From positions 32,001 through 96,000 of the forward strand of contig JACQQD010000012.1 of assembly GCA_016207165.1 (NCBI GenBank): a stretch of DNA of 64,000 nucleotides, read 5' to 3'. This document shows positions 48,795 to 57,906 of this stretch, one piece after another (the stretch's first letter is position 1; each line of letters opens with the position of its first letter). The stretch is from Candidatus Micrarchaeota archaeon. Its GTDB lineage: Archaea; Micrarchaeota; Micrarchaeia; Norongarragalinales; Norongarragalinaceae. A program made the position numbers and the translations under genes. The notes below the pieces were generated by a model. It had not been told where the DNA came from. It was given only the letters and a program-made list of their open reading frames with translations, and ran no database searches.

Positions 48795-49655
48795 ATGGCG
48801 TGGTTCTTGTTCGCCTTGGTTTCGGCGGCCGCGCACGCGGGATACAATTTGTCCAGCAAGCAACTGGTGTCTAAAGTGGACCCCTACGTCGTGGCGGCGT
48901 TGGTGGCAAGCGTTGCCGCGTTTTTTTCGTGGGCCGTCGTCTTGGCTACAGGCATTCCGGCCTTGGGAGAAAAGTTCTGGATGGCGCTGGGAATTGAAGT
49001 CGTCATTGAATCCTTGGCACTGGGTTTTTACTTGAAGGCGCTGGAAAAAACGGATGTGTCGCTGGCCGTACCGCTCTTGGCGCTCACGCCGGCACTTCTT
49101 TTGGTGACCAGTCCCGTGATTACAGGCGAATCCATTTCAAGCCAAGGCGTGCTGGGAGTGGGTTTGGCGGTGGTCGGCACGTACGTGTTGGCCATGGATC
49201 CAAAGCACAAAGGACTGCTATCCCCGTTTTCCCGCTTGGCGTCGGACAGCGGCATGCGGTGGATGCTCTTGACGGCGATGATGTACAGCCTCACCGCCAA
49301 TTACTACAAACTCGTCGTGGTCAACTCCAATGCCGTGCTTACTTCCGCGGTGCTTGAATCCAGCGCCGCCCTGGTTTTTTCAGCCGTGGCATTGATTGAA
49401 GCCAAACGCTGGAAGCCCGCCAAAAAAATGATTCGCACCGTGGCCGCCAGCGGCTTTTTGGCAAGCCTGGGCGGCATCGCGTTGGCAACTGCGTTGACCA
49501 CCGGCTTGACGCCCTTGGTCATCTCGATTCGGCGGTTGAGCATTCCGGCCACCGTGCTCTTGGGTCACCGCGTTCTAAGCGAAGGACAATTCAGGCAACG
49601 CATGCTGGCGTCCCTGATTCTGGTGGCCGGAGCCGTCCTGATTCTGACGGCCTGA
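48795..49655 (+). CDS. EamA/DMT-family transporter
   Basis: About 10 TM helices, duplicated EamA pattern. Confidence 0.85.
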   Translation: MAWFLFALVSAAAHAGYNLSSKQLVSKVDPYVVAALVASVAAFFSWAVVLATGIPALGEKFWMALGIEVVIESLALGFYLKALEKTDVSLAVPLLALTPALLLVTSPVITGESISSQGVLGVGLAVVGTYVLAMDPKHKGLLSPFSRLASDSGMRWMLLTAMMYSLTANYYKLVVVNSNAVLTSAVLESSAALVFSAVALIEAKRWKPAKKMIRTVAASGFLASLGGIALATALTTGLTPLVISIRRLSIPATVLLGHRVLSEGQFRQRMLASLILVAGAVLILTA

Positions 49656-49735
49656 AATCGTTCGACGGGTACGCAGGTCTTGAAATGCAAAGAAGTAAAA
49701 AACGGCATGCCAATCCGTTTGCTTGCTGAAGCACA

Positions 49736-50824
49736 ATGACACGGTCGGGACCCAGACTCAGCGTTGAACACCAACAGCGGATGCGGGAAGTGTTCGCTGG
49801 CCTGTCGGATGACGCCCGCCGCGACTGGGTGGACAGTCGCAACCCCATCCTGTATCCGACGCATCTTAAATTGGACGCTCCCCTGCTAACTCGGCGGCTC
49901 CAGCTGGCGTACGATTTATCCAGACGACACGGCGTCCCGCTTGAAGTCAGCGACGTTCGGCCCCATCTCCTCTTGAATGACGAAGCATTCCAACAAGCCA
50001 TTCGGGGGACGATTGGCTTGGCCAATTCAGCCAGGTATAAGCCCGTAAGCCGGCATCCTACACTTTCACGAATTCGACAACGAACGGAAGAAGGATATGA
50101 GCCCAAGAAAACCAGGACCCAAGTCGTCATGCCCGACGCTTCATTGGCATACAACGAATTGCTTGAATACGCCGAATTGGACGACAAACAGCGGTTGGCT
50201 GCCGAGTGCATCGTGCGAGGATTCAAGCCGGAGTACATTCACGGCTTGTTGACGGAACGGATGAACCGGGAACCGTTTGACTTGAATTATTTTAAGCGGG
50301 TCCTAATTCCGGGGGTCGGAGAAAAACTGCGGGCCCGCGTGGTCCTGCTCATGGCCAAAAAGGGGTACCGTTGGATGGACGCCATCCGAGTGGCGCGAGG
50401 ACAAAAAAAGGCTAAGCGTTATTCGGGAAGCCTGCCGTTGGCGTGGGCGCTCATGAAAGGAAAAACCCGGCACGTCGAAGCCCTGTTTCATGCCGCGAGT
50501 CTAAGTCCCATGGAGGAATACACGGCCTGGCTTCGAATCGTTGGCGCAACTCAAGAAGAAATCATCAAGCATTTCAAGGAGGATTTGGGCCGAAGGGCTT
50601 CACGAAGCTCCATATCACAGAATATCCGCCGTGCCAACGACAAAATCATTGACTTGCTTTACCAGCACGATATCTACGTCACAAGTCAAGTGGACGAAAA
50701 CACGGAAGGATTCAAAATTCCACGATTGGTGAACTTGGCATGCCATCTTCTTCGGGAAAAATATGGCGACACGCCGTTCCGGGTCTTACCAGGCTTAGGG
50801 CGACAAGCCAATCACGCGGAATAG
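49736..50824 (+). CDS. Hypothetical Arg-rich protein with possible sigma-70 region 4-like HTH segments
   Basis: LSPMEEYTAWLRIVGATQEEII...SRSSISQNIRRANDKI and an earlier LDDKQRL...GFKPEYI segment. Confidence 0.5.
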   Translation: MTRSGPRLSVEHQQRMREVFAGLSDDARRDWVDSRNPILYPTHLKLDAPLLTRRLQLAYDLSRRHGVPLEVSDVRPHLLLNDEAFQQAIRGTIGLANSARYKPVSRHPTLSRIRQRTEEGYEPKKTRTQVVMPDASLAYNELLEYAELDDKQRLAAECIVRGFKPEYIHGLLTERMNREPFDLNYFKRVLIPGVGEKLRARVVLLMAKKGYRWMDAIRVARGQKKAKRYSGSLPLAWALMKGKTRHVEALFHAASLSPMEEYTAWLRIVGATQEEIIKHFKEDLGRRASRSSISQNIRRANDKIIDLLYQHDIYVTSQVDENTEGFKIPRLVNLACHLLREKYGDTPFRVLPGLGRQANHAE

Positions 50825-51514
50825 GAGTAGCAACCCGACCAAAACGGGTTGGTGGACGAGGTATACGGCCAAGGCGTTTTTCCCAAGGAAATCAAGCGCG
50901 TCGAACAAGGCGTGGGCGGGCCGGGGTGAAGGAATCCGCGTAAAGGGGTTCATGGTTTGCGCCATGAAAATGCCAAGCAGAACGATGCCAAACCAAGGAA
51001 TCAAGGGGTAATAGTCCAACGTATAGAATCCGGCGGGCGGCAAGCCCAGCCACAAGAAAAGCGGCGTGTCTGGGCGGGCAAGGCCAGAAAGCCAGAACCC
51101 CAGTGCCACCACCAATGCGGCCAGCCCTAAATTCAGCCATGCGGGAAGTTCCGTGAAGAAATAGCCGATCAAAACGGCGACGGCAATGAAGTGGATGATT
51201 CCAAAAACAATGGCGCCTTTTCCCGGATAAATCGAAGTGGCCAGGGTGATGAGCAAAGCGATTCCGGCCAAAGCCAGCACGCGTTGGAGGTTCTTGGAAA
51301 GCGGGACCCCCCGGATTTTGGAGAGGAGCAAAGACACGCCCACCAGGCTCAAAAACATGAAGGCGATGACGCGTTGGAAGACGAGAAAAAAGCCCGTCGA
51401 AAAATCGATTTGGATAAAACCCAAGTAGTTCAAATCGAAGAAGAAATGGTAGGCGATCATGAGCGCCACCGCCAATCCGCGGGTGACGTCGACTTCCCAG
51501 AATCGCTTTTTCAT
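50795..51514 (-). CDS. DUF1624 / heparan-alpha-glucosaminide N-acetyltransferase-like membrane protein
   Basis: RFWEVDVTRGLA...M..YH, DYYPLIPW, YLVHQP. Confidence 0.87.
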   Translation of the reverse strand: MKKRFWEVDVTRGLAVALMIAYHFFFDLNYLGFIQIDFSTGFFLVFQRVIAFMFLSLVGVSLLLSKIRGVPLSKNLQRVLALAGIALLITLATSIYPGKGAIVFGIIHFIAVAVLIGYFFTELPAWLNLGLAALVVALGFWLSGLARPDTPLFLWLGLPPAGFYTLDYYPLIPWFGIVLLGIFMAQTMNPFTRIPSPRPAHALFDALDFLGKNALAVYLVHQPVLVGLLLLFRVIGLSP

Positions 51515-51572
51515 ATGCGACAGGTCAGGGAGCGCAACGCATTAAATGCGCCGGGTTTACACCATAAAATCC

Positions 51573-51992
51573 ATGCAGTACCGAAAAGACGAAAACGGGT
51601 TCGTGGTGGTCTTGGAGAAAGGCGAAAAGGTGGTGGAGAGCCTGAACGCCTTCTTCAAGAAGGAGGGCATCCGCGGAGGGCTCGTTTCCGGCATTGGGGC
51701 GTTGGACCAAGCGGAACTGATGAGCTACGATGTTGAGGCCAAAAGGTACGTTTCGAAAATCTTTCAAGGCGAGTTCGAGTTGTGCGCGTTGGCGGGCAAC
51801 GTGACGGAAAAAGGCTTGCACGCGCACGTGACTCTGGCGGGCGTCATGGGGAAGAATGAAACGTGTTTCGGCGGCCACTTAAAAGAAGGCCGCGTCCTGG
51901 TGACCGGAGAGTTCTTCGTGATCCCATTTGCATCCATCCGGAAAGAGTACCGCCCCGCCATGGGCTTAGACGTGATGGACCTGAATGGCTAG
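51573..51992 (+). CDS. PPC/DUF296 domain protein
   Basis: GIGAL, GNV...LHAHV, GGHL. Confidence 0.88.
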   Translation: MQYRKDENGFVVVLEKGEKVVESLNAFFKKEGIRGGLVSGIGALDQAELMSYDVEAKRYVSKIFQGEFELCALAGNVTEKGLHAHVTLAGVMGKNETCFGGHLKEGRVLVTGEFFVIPFASIRKEYRPAMGLDVMDLNG

Positions 51993-52363
51993 TTCATGTT
52001 TTTGAGGTATTCCAGCGTCACGCTGTAGACGAACGCGAGGATGCCCACCATGATGGCCAGCACTCCGTTGGCGCTGGTGGGTCGGTTGGTGACCGTCAGA
52101 AAACCCAGGATCAAGATGACCACGGCAAAGGCGGCCACCAGCGTGATGCGGGCGGCTTTGCCAGCCAAAAGCTCGGTGCGCTCATCGCTTTTGATGACGT
52201 CCTTGGACATGACTTCCCGCCAGACGTAAAGGCCTCCGGCAATCAGCAAGCCGAACAAGAGAACGGAGAACGCCAACGGGTCCAGGTCGTAGCGGGACAC
52301 GTAGACTTGGTACAGGACCAAGGTGAAGACCGCGGAGATGAGGATGTTTCGGATTCGCACCAT
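51989..52363 (-). CDS. DUF2178-like membrane protein
   Basis: 4 TM helices, DER...AGKAARIT motif; directly downstream of the XRE HTH gene. Confidence 0.72.
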   Translation of the reverse strand: MVRIRNILISAVFTLVLYQVYVSRYDLDPLAFSVLLFGLLIAGGLYVWREVMSKDVIKSDERTELLAGKAARITLVAAFAVVILILGFLTVTNRPTSANGVLAIMVGILAFVYSVTLEYLKNMN

Positions 52364-52365
52364 TG

Positions 52366-52554
52366 TTACGCCTCAAATATCTTTTCAATGGGCTCCTTAA
52401 AAATGTGCGATAACTTGAAGGCCAACTCCAAAGACGGGTTGTACTTGCCGTTTTCTATAGCCAGAATGGTTTGGCGCGTCACGCCGGCTTTGCGCGCCAA
52501 GTCGTCCTGCGTCATTTTCTCGCGGGCACGCAATTCGCGCAAGTGGTTCTGCAT
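52366..52554 (-). CDS. Small XRE/Cro-family HTH transcriptional regulator
   Basis: LRELRA...TQDDLA...GVTRQTILAIENGKYNPSLELAFKL. Confidence 0.93.
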   Translation of the reverse strand: MQNHLRELRAREKMTQDDLARKAGVTRQTILAIENGKYNPSLELAFKLSHIFKEPIEKIFEA

Positions 52555-52572
52555 GTAAAACATTATTTACAT
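52553..52572. promoter_or_regulatory. 20-bp operator overlapping the XRE gene start codon (probable autoregulation)
   Basis: ATGTAAAACATTATTTACAT; TATA-like TTAAATA just upstream on the minus strand. Confidence 0.8.
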
Positions 52573-52600
52573 GGACTATTTAAGGCGTTGCAATTTCTGG

Positions 52601-52694
52601 AAAAAATGAAGTCGGGGTCCGCCAACCGGCGGCCCCGAAGTTCGTCGAGGGGTTCTTTCGTATCAGGGAGGGCCCGTGAAAACCCAACCCCGAT
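52601..52694 (-). ncRNA. Candidate structured small RNA or leader
   Basis: TATA box TTTATATA about 25 nt upstream; GC-rich stems; 3' hairpin UCGGGG-CCGCC/GGCGG-A-CCCCGA followed by a U6 tract. Confidence 0.45.
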
Positions 52695-52733
52695 GTAAAG
52701 TATATTTTACATTATGTATATAAAGCTTTACAT
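52693..52733. promoter_or_regulatory. Tandem 20-bp operators overlapping a TATA box
   Basis: ATGTAAAGTATATTTTACAT (52693-52712) and ATGTATATAAAGCTTTACAT (52714-52733). Confidence 0.82.
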
Positions 52734-52935
52734 TTGCGGCCGGGGCCATTGAACCCGCATAGAGCCTCAATTCCACAAAAAAGAAGAAAAACACGCCGAC
52801 TCGTACAAGTCAGTTAGAGGGTGGGAGCCTATGGAAAAAAGACCTTACCAACACGCTGAAGAGTTGGGCTTGGGCGAGTAAAGCGCCACGCTAGAGTCCC
52901 GGGCACACGGATTCGTGGGCAACGGACAAGAAAAT

Positions 52936-54822
52936 TCAACGCAACCGAATGGAATCCAGGTTCATGGGTGCGCGGGTTTCGATGCGCATCATTCGGTTGA
53001 CGGTGCGGGCGAACTCGTCGGTTTTGGCTTCGTCGCCGTGCATGGTGAACACGCGTTGCGGCCGGGGACGAAGGTTCCGCAGGAACGCCAGCAATTGGCT
53101 TCGATCGGAATGCCCGGAGTAGCCGTCGATGGTGTGCACTTGCATGTTGACTTTAAGTGCGTCGAGTTTCTGGCGCTCGTTTAAGATCGGCACTTCCCGT
53201 TCGCCGGACTGGATGCGGCGTCCCAGGGTCATGGCGCCTTGGTAGCCGACGAACAAAAGCGCGTTTTTGGGGTCGTGCGCCATCATCTTGAGGTACTCCA
53301 CGGAAGAACCGCCGGACAACATGCCGGAAGGAGCCAAAATCACGCAGGGTTCCTCGCTTTCGACAATGGCTTTGCGTTCTTTGGACGTGGCGTGCTTGAA
53401 CATGGGATTGTCAAACGGCGAATTGTTTTGCAGAATCCGGCGCTGGACGTTGCGTCGCAGGTATTCGGGGTAAACGGTGTGGATGGCCGAGGCCTCTTTG
53501 GACATGCCGTCGATGAACACGGGAATGTTTTCCTGTTGCAAGCGGTTTTCCAGCGACACCATGAGTTCTTGGGCTCGGCCGACGGCGAACACGGGAATCA
53601 ATACTTTGCCGCGGTTGGCGGTGACTTCCCGCACCGTCTGCGCAATGCGTTCCTCGCATTCGTCGTACCTTGGCAGAAGGTCGTTCTTGCCGCCGTACGT
53701 GGACTCAATCAAGAGCGTTTCGATGCGGGGAAAGCGCGTCTCCGCAGGATCAAGCAGGCTTGTTCGGCCGTATTTGATGTCGGCGGTAAAGACCAAATTG
53801 TGCAGGCCTTCGCCGATGTGCAAGTGCACTTGCGCGGAGCCCAGGATGTGGCCGGCGTTGTGGAACGTGAAGCGGACTTCGGGAGTCACGTCGGTGACTT
53901 CGCCGTAATCGCGCACGATCATGTGGTTGAGTTGTTTCTTGATGTCTTTTTCGCCGTACGGACAGCCTTTTCCTTCGGCGTTCATGACTTTGAGGCAGTC
54001 TTGTTGAAGCAGGATGGACAAGTCGCGGGTGGGCGGCGTGCAATAGACGGGTCCGTCGTAGCCATACGCATACAGGTACGGCAAGAACCCGGAGTGGTCT
54101 AGGTGGGCGTGGCTCAAGATGACGGCGTCCAATTGCTCCAACGCCAGGTTCATGGCGTTGAGGTACGGGTACGCGCGGGTGGCGTCCGACGTGTCCGTGT
54201 TCATGCCGCAATCCACCAACACGTTGCTTTTGGGGGTCTGCAACAGCATGCAGGTGCGCCCCACTTCCTTGAAGCCGCCCAGCATCGTGATTTTGATCCA
54301 GTCGCAGGACCCCGACGGCAGCACCATTTTTTTTCCTAACGTGTTGAGGAACTTCTTGCGCTGGTCCGACGAGGACAGCAAGGCGCTTCGGATGGCGCGC
54401 TCCGTTTCGCTGGGAGACGTCGGCGCGCGCAGGACGCGGGGCGACCAACCCGTGTTCAAGACGATTTGCTTCAACACGAGGCCGCCTTTGCCGATGACCA
54501 AACCCGGTTTGAGGGCTTCAATGACGACTTCGTTGAAAACGGGGTCAAACCGCAATTCCTGCACGCCGGCATCGACGGGAACGATTTCCTTGATTTTGGC
54601 CTCCGCCGAGCTTGGGGCCATGAGTTCCGAGGAGTCCACGCGCAAGAGCACTTTCTTTCGTACTTTCGAGGCAATCTTGGTGATGAGGTGCTCGTCGGAG
54701 TAAAACGACTTGATGTTCTTGACGTAGATGACGACTTGGGGGCCTTCAAACTCGAGTTTAGTCAACTCGCAGTCCGGTGGCAGGACGCTTTGGACGGCGG
54801 CTTGCATTTCCTTGAGATCCAT
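52936..54822 (-). CDS. fttA: aCPSF1/FttA KH-domain beta-CASP ribonuclease (transcription termination factor)
   Basis: N-terminal KH domains (KPGLVIGKGG), HAHLDH, AGHILGS, ESTYG, SGHSD. Confidence 0.94.
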   Translation of the reverse strand: MDLKEMQAAVQSVLPPDCELTKLEFEGPQVVIYVKNIKSFYSDEHLITKIASKVRKKVLLRVDSSELMAPSSAEAKIKEIVPVDAGVQELRFDPVFNEVVIEALKPGLVIGKGGLVLKQIVLNTGWSPRVLRAPTSPSETERAIRSALLSSSDQRKKFLNTLGKKMVLPSGSCDWIKITMLGGFKEVGRTCMLLQTPKSNVLVDCGMNTDTSDATRAYPYLNAMNLALEQLDAVILSHAHLDHSGFLPYLYAYGYDGPVYCTPPTRDLSILLQQDCLKVMNAEGKGCPYGEKDIKKQLNHMIVRDYGEVTDVTPEVRFTFHNAGHILGSAQVHLHIGEGLHNLVFTADIKYGRTSLLDPAETRFPRIETLLIESTYGGKNDLLPRYDECEERIAQTVREVTANRGKVLIPVFAVGRAQELMVSLENRLQQENIPVFIDGMSKEASAIHTVYPEYLRRNVQRRILQNNSPFDNPMFKHATSKERKAIVESEEPCVILAPSGMLSGGSSVEYLKMMAHDPKNALLFVGYQGAMTLGRRIQSGEREVPILNERQKLDALKVNMQVHTIDGYSGHSDRSQLLAFLRNLRPRPQRVFTMHGDEAKTDEFARTVNRMMRIETRAPMNLDSIRLR

Positions 54823-54939
54823 GAAAAAATACCTTGAAAAAATAATCGCGATTCAAAACGGTTAACGGCCAAACGTTCTTTCCGAGCGCGGGAAAAAAAT
54901 CAAATCGCGCAACGCTTCGCACACAAACACAGTCAACGC

Positions 54940-55566
54940 TTACGAGGACAATAGACCCGAAGCGGCCTGCATGGGCAGGCGCTTGACGCCTTCCGCTGTA
55001 ATGACCACGGCGTCGATGCCCTCGCCCGTGGCGGCATCCCGCTTCATGGCGGCGTGCACGGCCTTGGTGGCAATTTTGACGGCGTCCGCCTCGGACAGGT
55101 TTTCCTTGTAGTTGGCGTCCAAATACCCGTATGCCGTCACGGAGCCGGAACCAGTGGAAACGTAGTTTTCCTGGATGAGGCCGCCGAGGGGATCCAAGTC
55201 AAACAATTGCGGCTGTTCGTCGTACCCCGCCACGATGAGTTGGACGAAGTAGGGAAAATACTTGTTGCCTTGCAGGATGTTGGACAAAAGCGTGGCCGCG
55301 CCTTTCACGGAAAGGGGCGCCCCCTTGTTGTGGTGGTACAATTGGAGTTCCGCGCGCATGACGCGCACCAGGGTTTGGGCGTCGCCGACGCTGCCTGCCA
55401 ACGTCAACGCCATGCGATCGGAAATGGGGTGGATCTTGTCCACGCCTTTTCCGGCAATGAAAAAGCCCATGGAGGCGCGTTTGTCAGCGGCCAAAATCAC
55501 GCCGTCCTTGAAGACCAAACCCACAGTGGTGGTGCCTTTCAAGGGTTCCTTGTAAAAATCGGTCAT
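54940..55566 (-). CDS. psmB: Proteasome subunit beta
   Basis: Short propeptide then G-TTTVG, AADKRAS, GSGS, RDAATG. Confidence 0.95.
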   Translation of the reverse strand: MTDFYKEPLKGTTTVGLVFKDGVILAADKRASMGFFIAGKGVDKIHPISDRMALTLAGSVGDAQTLVRVMRAELQLYHHNKGAPLSVKGAATLLSNILQGNKYFPYFVQLIVAGYDEQPQLFDLDPLGGLIQENYVSTGSGSVTAYGYLDANYKENLSEADAVKIATKAVHAAMKRDAATGEGIDAVVITAEGVKRLPMQAASGLLSS

Positions 55567-55652
55567 TGATGCGTTTACCTTTCAGGTAGCGGGTTAAGCT
55601 ACAGGATTGCTAACAGCAGTATGCTTCGGCAAAATATTTAAACGTATGTCTT

Positions 55653-56351
55653 TTAGCGCACGGGCTGGTAGTCTGAAAAGCTCTTGCGCCACAGCGTGTA
55701 TTGAACCCAGTTCTGGAAGTGGAAACCGACGAACCGCGTGTAGCCCCATTCGCGGATTCGGCGGGGCGAAATGTAGGCCACGGCGTCTTTCACGAAGACG
55801 TTTTTCCCGTGGCGAAGCGCGCGCTTCTGCAAGTCGACGTCCTCGGCCGTTACCAAGTCGGTGTTGAAGCCGCCGATTTGGTGGAAGACGTCGGCGCGGA
55901 TGGCCAAATTGGATCCGGCACCGGTGGGGTGCCCCAAACGCAAGGCGACTTGAAAGACTTTGGGCATGACGCGGTCGGCCATAAAGTGTTCCACGCGCGT
56001 GGATTCGGACAACAAAATCTTGCCGTGGGTGCAGGCCACCCCCGGGTCGGCAAAGGGGCGGAGCAAGTCCAACAGCCAGTCTTTGGGGTAGCGGGCGTCC
56101 GCGTCGGCAAACACCAGCCATTGGCCTTCCGCGGCCAGGGCCCCTGCTTGGCGGCCAGCCGCAATGGTGCGCTTTTTCTCTACGATGACTTTGTCGGCCA
56201 ACGCATGCGCCAATTCCTGGGTGCCGTCCTGGCTTTGGCCGTCGGCGACGATGATTTCGTCGGCGGCAAAGGACTGGTTTCGAAGGGAAGCCATGCAACG
56301 GGAAAGCGATTTTTCCTCGTTGTACGTGGGCACGATGACGGAAACGTTCAT
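55653..56351 (-). CDS. Glycosyltransferase family 2
   Basis: VIVPTYNE, DGQSQDGT, FADAD, AEDVDL. Confidence 0.9.
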   Translation of the reverse strand: MNVSVIVPTYNEEKSLSRCMASLRNQSFAADEIIVADGQSQDGTQELAHALADKVIVEKKRTIAAGRQAGALAAEGQWLVFADADARYPKDWLLDLLRPFADPGVACTHGKILLSESTRVEHFMADRVMPKVFQVALRLGHPTGAGSNLAIRADVFHQIGGFNTDLVTAEDVDLQKRALRHGKNVFVKDAVAYISPRRIREWGYTRFVGFHFQNWVQYTLWRKSFSDYQPVR

Positions 56352-56450
56352 GAATGGTTTGGGAAGGAGGGCACTAAAAAAGGTACCCCGCCTGGGCCCG
56401 CCGCCGAGTATTTATACGCGGAATGCGTACCCCAATGCGACCCACAACCC

Positions 56451-57128
56451 ATGGATTTGGTTAGCTTCGTCGTGCAACCGACTTGGAAGGAAATGCTCCT
56501 GGAACTGGTTAGCACCGAGCAGATGGACCCGTGGGACGTGGACGTCGGCCTCATCGCCGAGAAATACCTGGAAAACGTCAAGGCGTTCCAAGCCTTGGAC
56601 CTGCGCACTCCCGCCAACGTGATTCTGGCCGCGTCGCTTTTGTTGCGCTTCAAGTCCGAGAACCTCATGGTTGAAGAAGAAGGCGACGTGGACACGTTCG
56701 AGGAAAGCCGGTTGCAGGACGAGGCGTTGCCGGAACTGGTCTTCCGCATCAACCGGCCCCGCCGCCGGCGCGTGACGTTGGACGAATTGATGAAGTCCAT
56801 GGAGGCCGTCATGCGGAAGGGCCGCAAAACGCCTCCGCCGCGAAAAGCGTTTCTGCCGGCGATGCTGGTGCACGTGGGCGAAGAGGACATGGACCAGAAA
56901 ATGAACGCGGCGTTTGAAAAAGTGTTGTCCAAAAAGGACGGCGAAGGCGTGGTCTTGTTCTCGGATTTGTTGGAAGAAAAGACGCCGGAGCACGTCGCCA
57001 AACAACTCTTGCCGGTGCTGCACTTGGTGCAGGAACAGAAAGTCAACGCGTGGCAGGACGAGTTCTTCGGGGAAATATTCATTCAAGTCATTGAACAAAA
57101 AGCCGTTGCGGACGCGGAGAACAATTAA
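56451..57128 (+). CDS. scpA: Segregation and condensation protein A (kleisin)
   Basis: MDPWDVD, AASLLLRFKS, VTLDEL, LHL......QDEFFGEI. Confidence 0.85.
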   Translation: MDLVSFVVQPTWKEMLLELVSTEQMDPWDVDVGLIAEKYLENVKAFQALDLRTPANVILAASLLLRFKSENLMVEEEGDVDTFEESRLQDEALPELVFRINRPRRRRVTLDELMKSMEAVMRKGRKTPPPRKAFLPAMLVHVGEEDMDQKMNAAFEKVLSKKDGEGVVLFSDLLEEKTPEHVAKQLLPVLHLVQEQKVNAWQDEFFGEIFIQVIEQKAVADAENN

Positions 57129-57132
57129 ACCT

Positions 57133-57906
57133 ATGGGAGTGCAACGGAGAATCGCGTTGGCGTTTTTGGTGGGACTGGTATCCCTGTCCACGTTCGCATT
57201 TTGTGTCTCGTATTCGGTGCAAAGCGTGGGGTTGGATGAAAAGGTGTGGCTCAACGCCATTGAAGAATCGGGGGCGGTAGACCAGTTGCTGGCCCACAGC
57301 GGCTTGGGCGGGCAGGTTTCCCCGGAGCTGGTCAAGCGCATCCTGTCCAAAGAATGGATTGACGGCCAGACCAAAAACCTGGTGCACAACGTGTTGTCTT
57401 ACGTCAAAGGCGAAAGCGCGAACTTGGAACTCATCGTGGACTTGACGGAGCCTAAAGAACGGTTGCAAGCACTGGGGTTGGGCCAGTTGGATGCGGTCAA
57501 GGACGTGCCGGATCGCATTGACTTGGCGCAACGGCCCGGAGCCAAAGAAGGCGTTGACCAGTTCCGCCAATACGTGCAGGCCCTGCAAACGGCGGTTATG
57601 GCCAGCATCGTCATGGCGCTTCTTTCCATCGCCGCGCTGGTGCTTTGGGCGAAAGACGCCAAGTCCAAGGTGCGGCTGCCGTCCACGGGGCTCATGCTTG
57701 GCGGCTTGAACGCGTTGCTGCTGGCCTTCGTGTTGGGTGAAGTCATCCAGAAGAATTTGCCGTCGGAATTTCAGGTTGCGGCACAGGCCATCATCGCGCC
57801 GTTGTTGGGTTCGGTCAACACGTGGGCCGCCGCGTTCGTGGTCATTGGGGTTTTGGGGTTGGCGGCAAGCCACTGGTTCGTGAAAAACGACTCAAAAGCG
57901 GCCTAA
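57133..57906 (+). CDS. Hypothetical membrane protein
   Basis: N-terminal TM, soluble domain, then 3 TM helices. Confidence 0.65.
   Translation: MGVQRRIALAFLVGLVSLSTFAFCVSYSVQSVGLDEKVWLNAIEESGAVDQLLAHSGLGGQVSPELVKRILSKEWIDGQTKNLVHNVLSYVKGESANLELIVDLTEPKERLQALGLGQLDAVKDVPDRIDLAQRPGAKEGVDQFRQYVQALQTAVMASIVMALLSIAALVLWAKDAKSKVRLPSTGLMLGGLNALLLAFVLGEVIQKNLPSEFQVAAQAIIAPLLGSVNTWAAAFVVIGVLGLAASHWFVKNDSKAA

Noticed and set aside
52936-55566. psmB-aCPSF1 adjacency as a novel link
   Set aside because: This is a well-known conserved archaeal gene neighbourhood.
55701-56450. Long N-terminal extension of ScpA (475 aa)
   Set aside because: Antisense to the GT2 gene; ScpA-like sequence starts at 56451.
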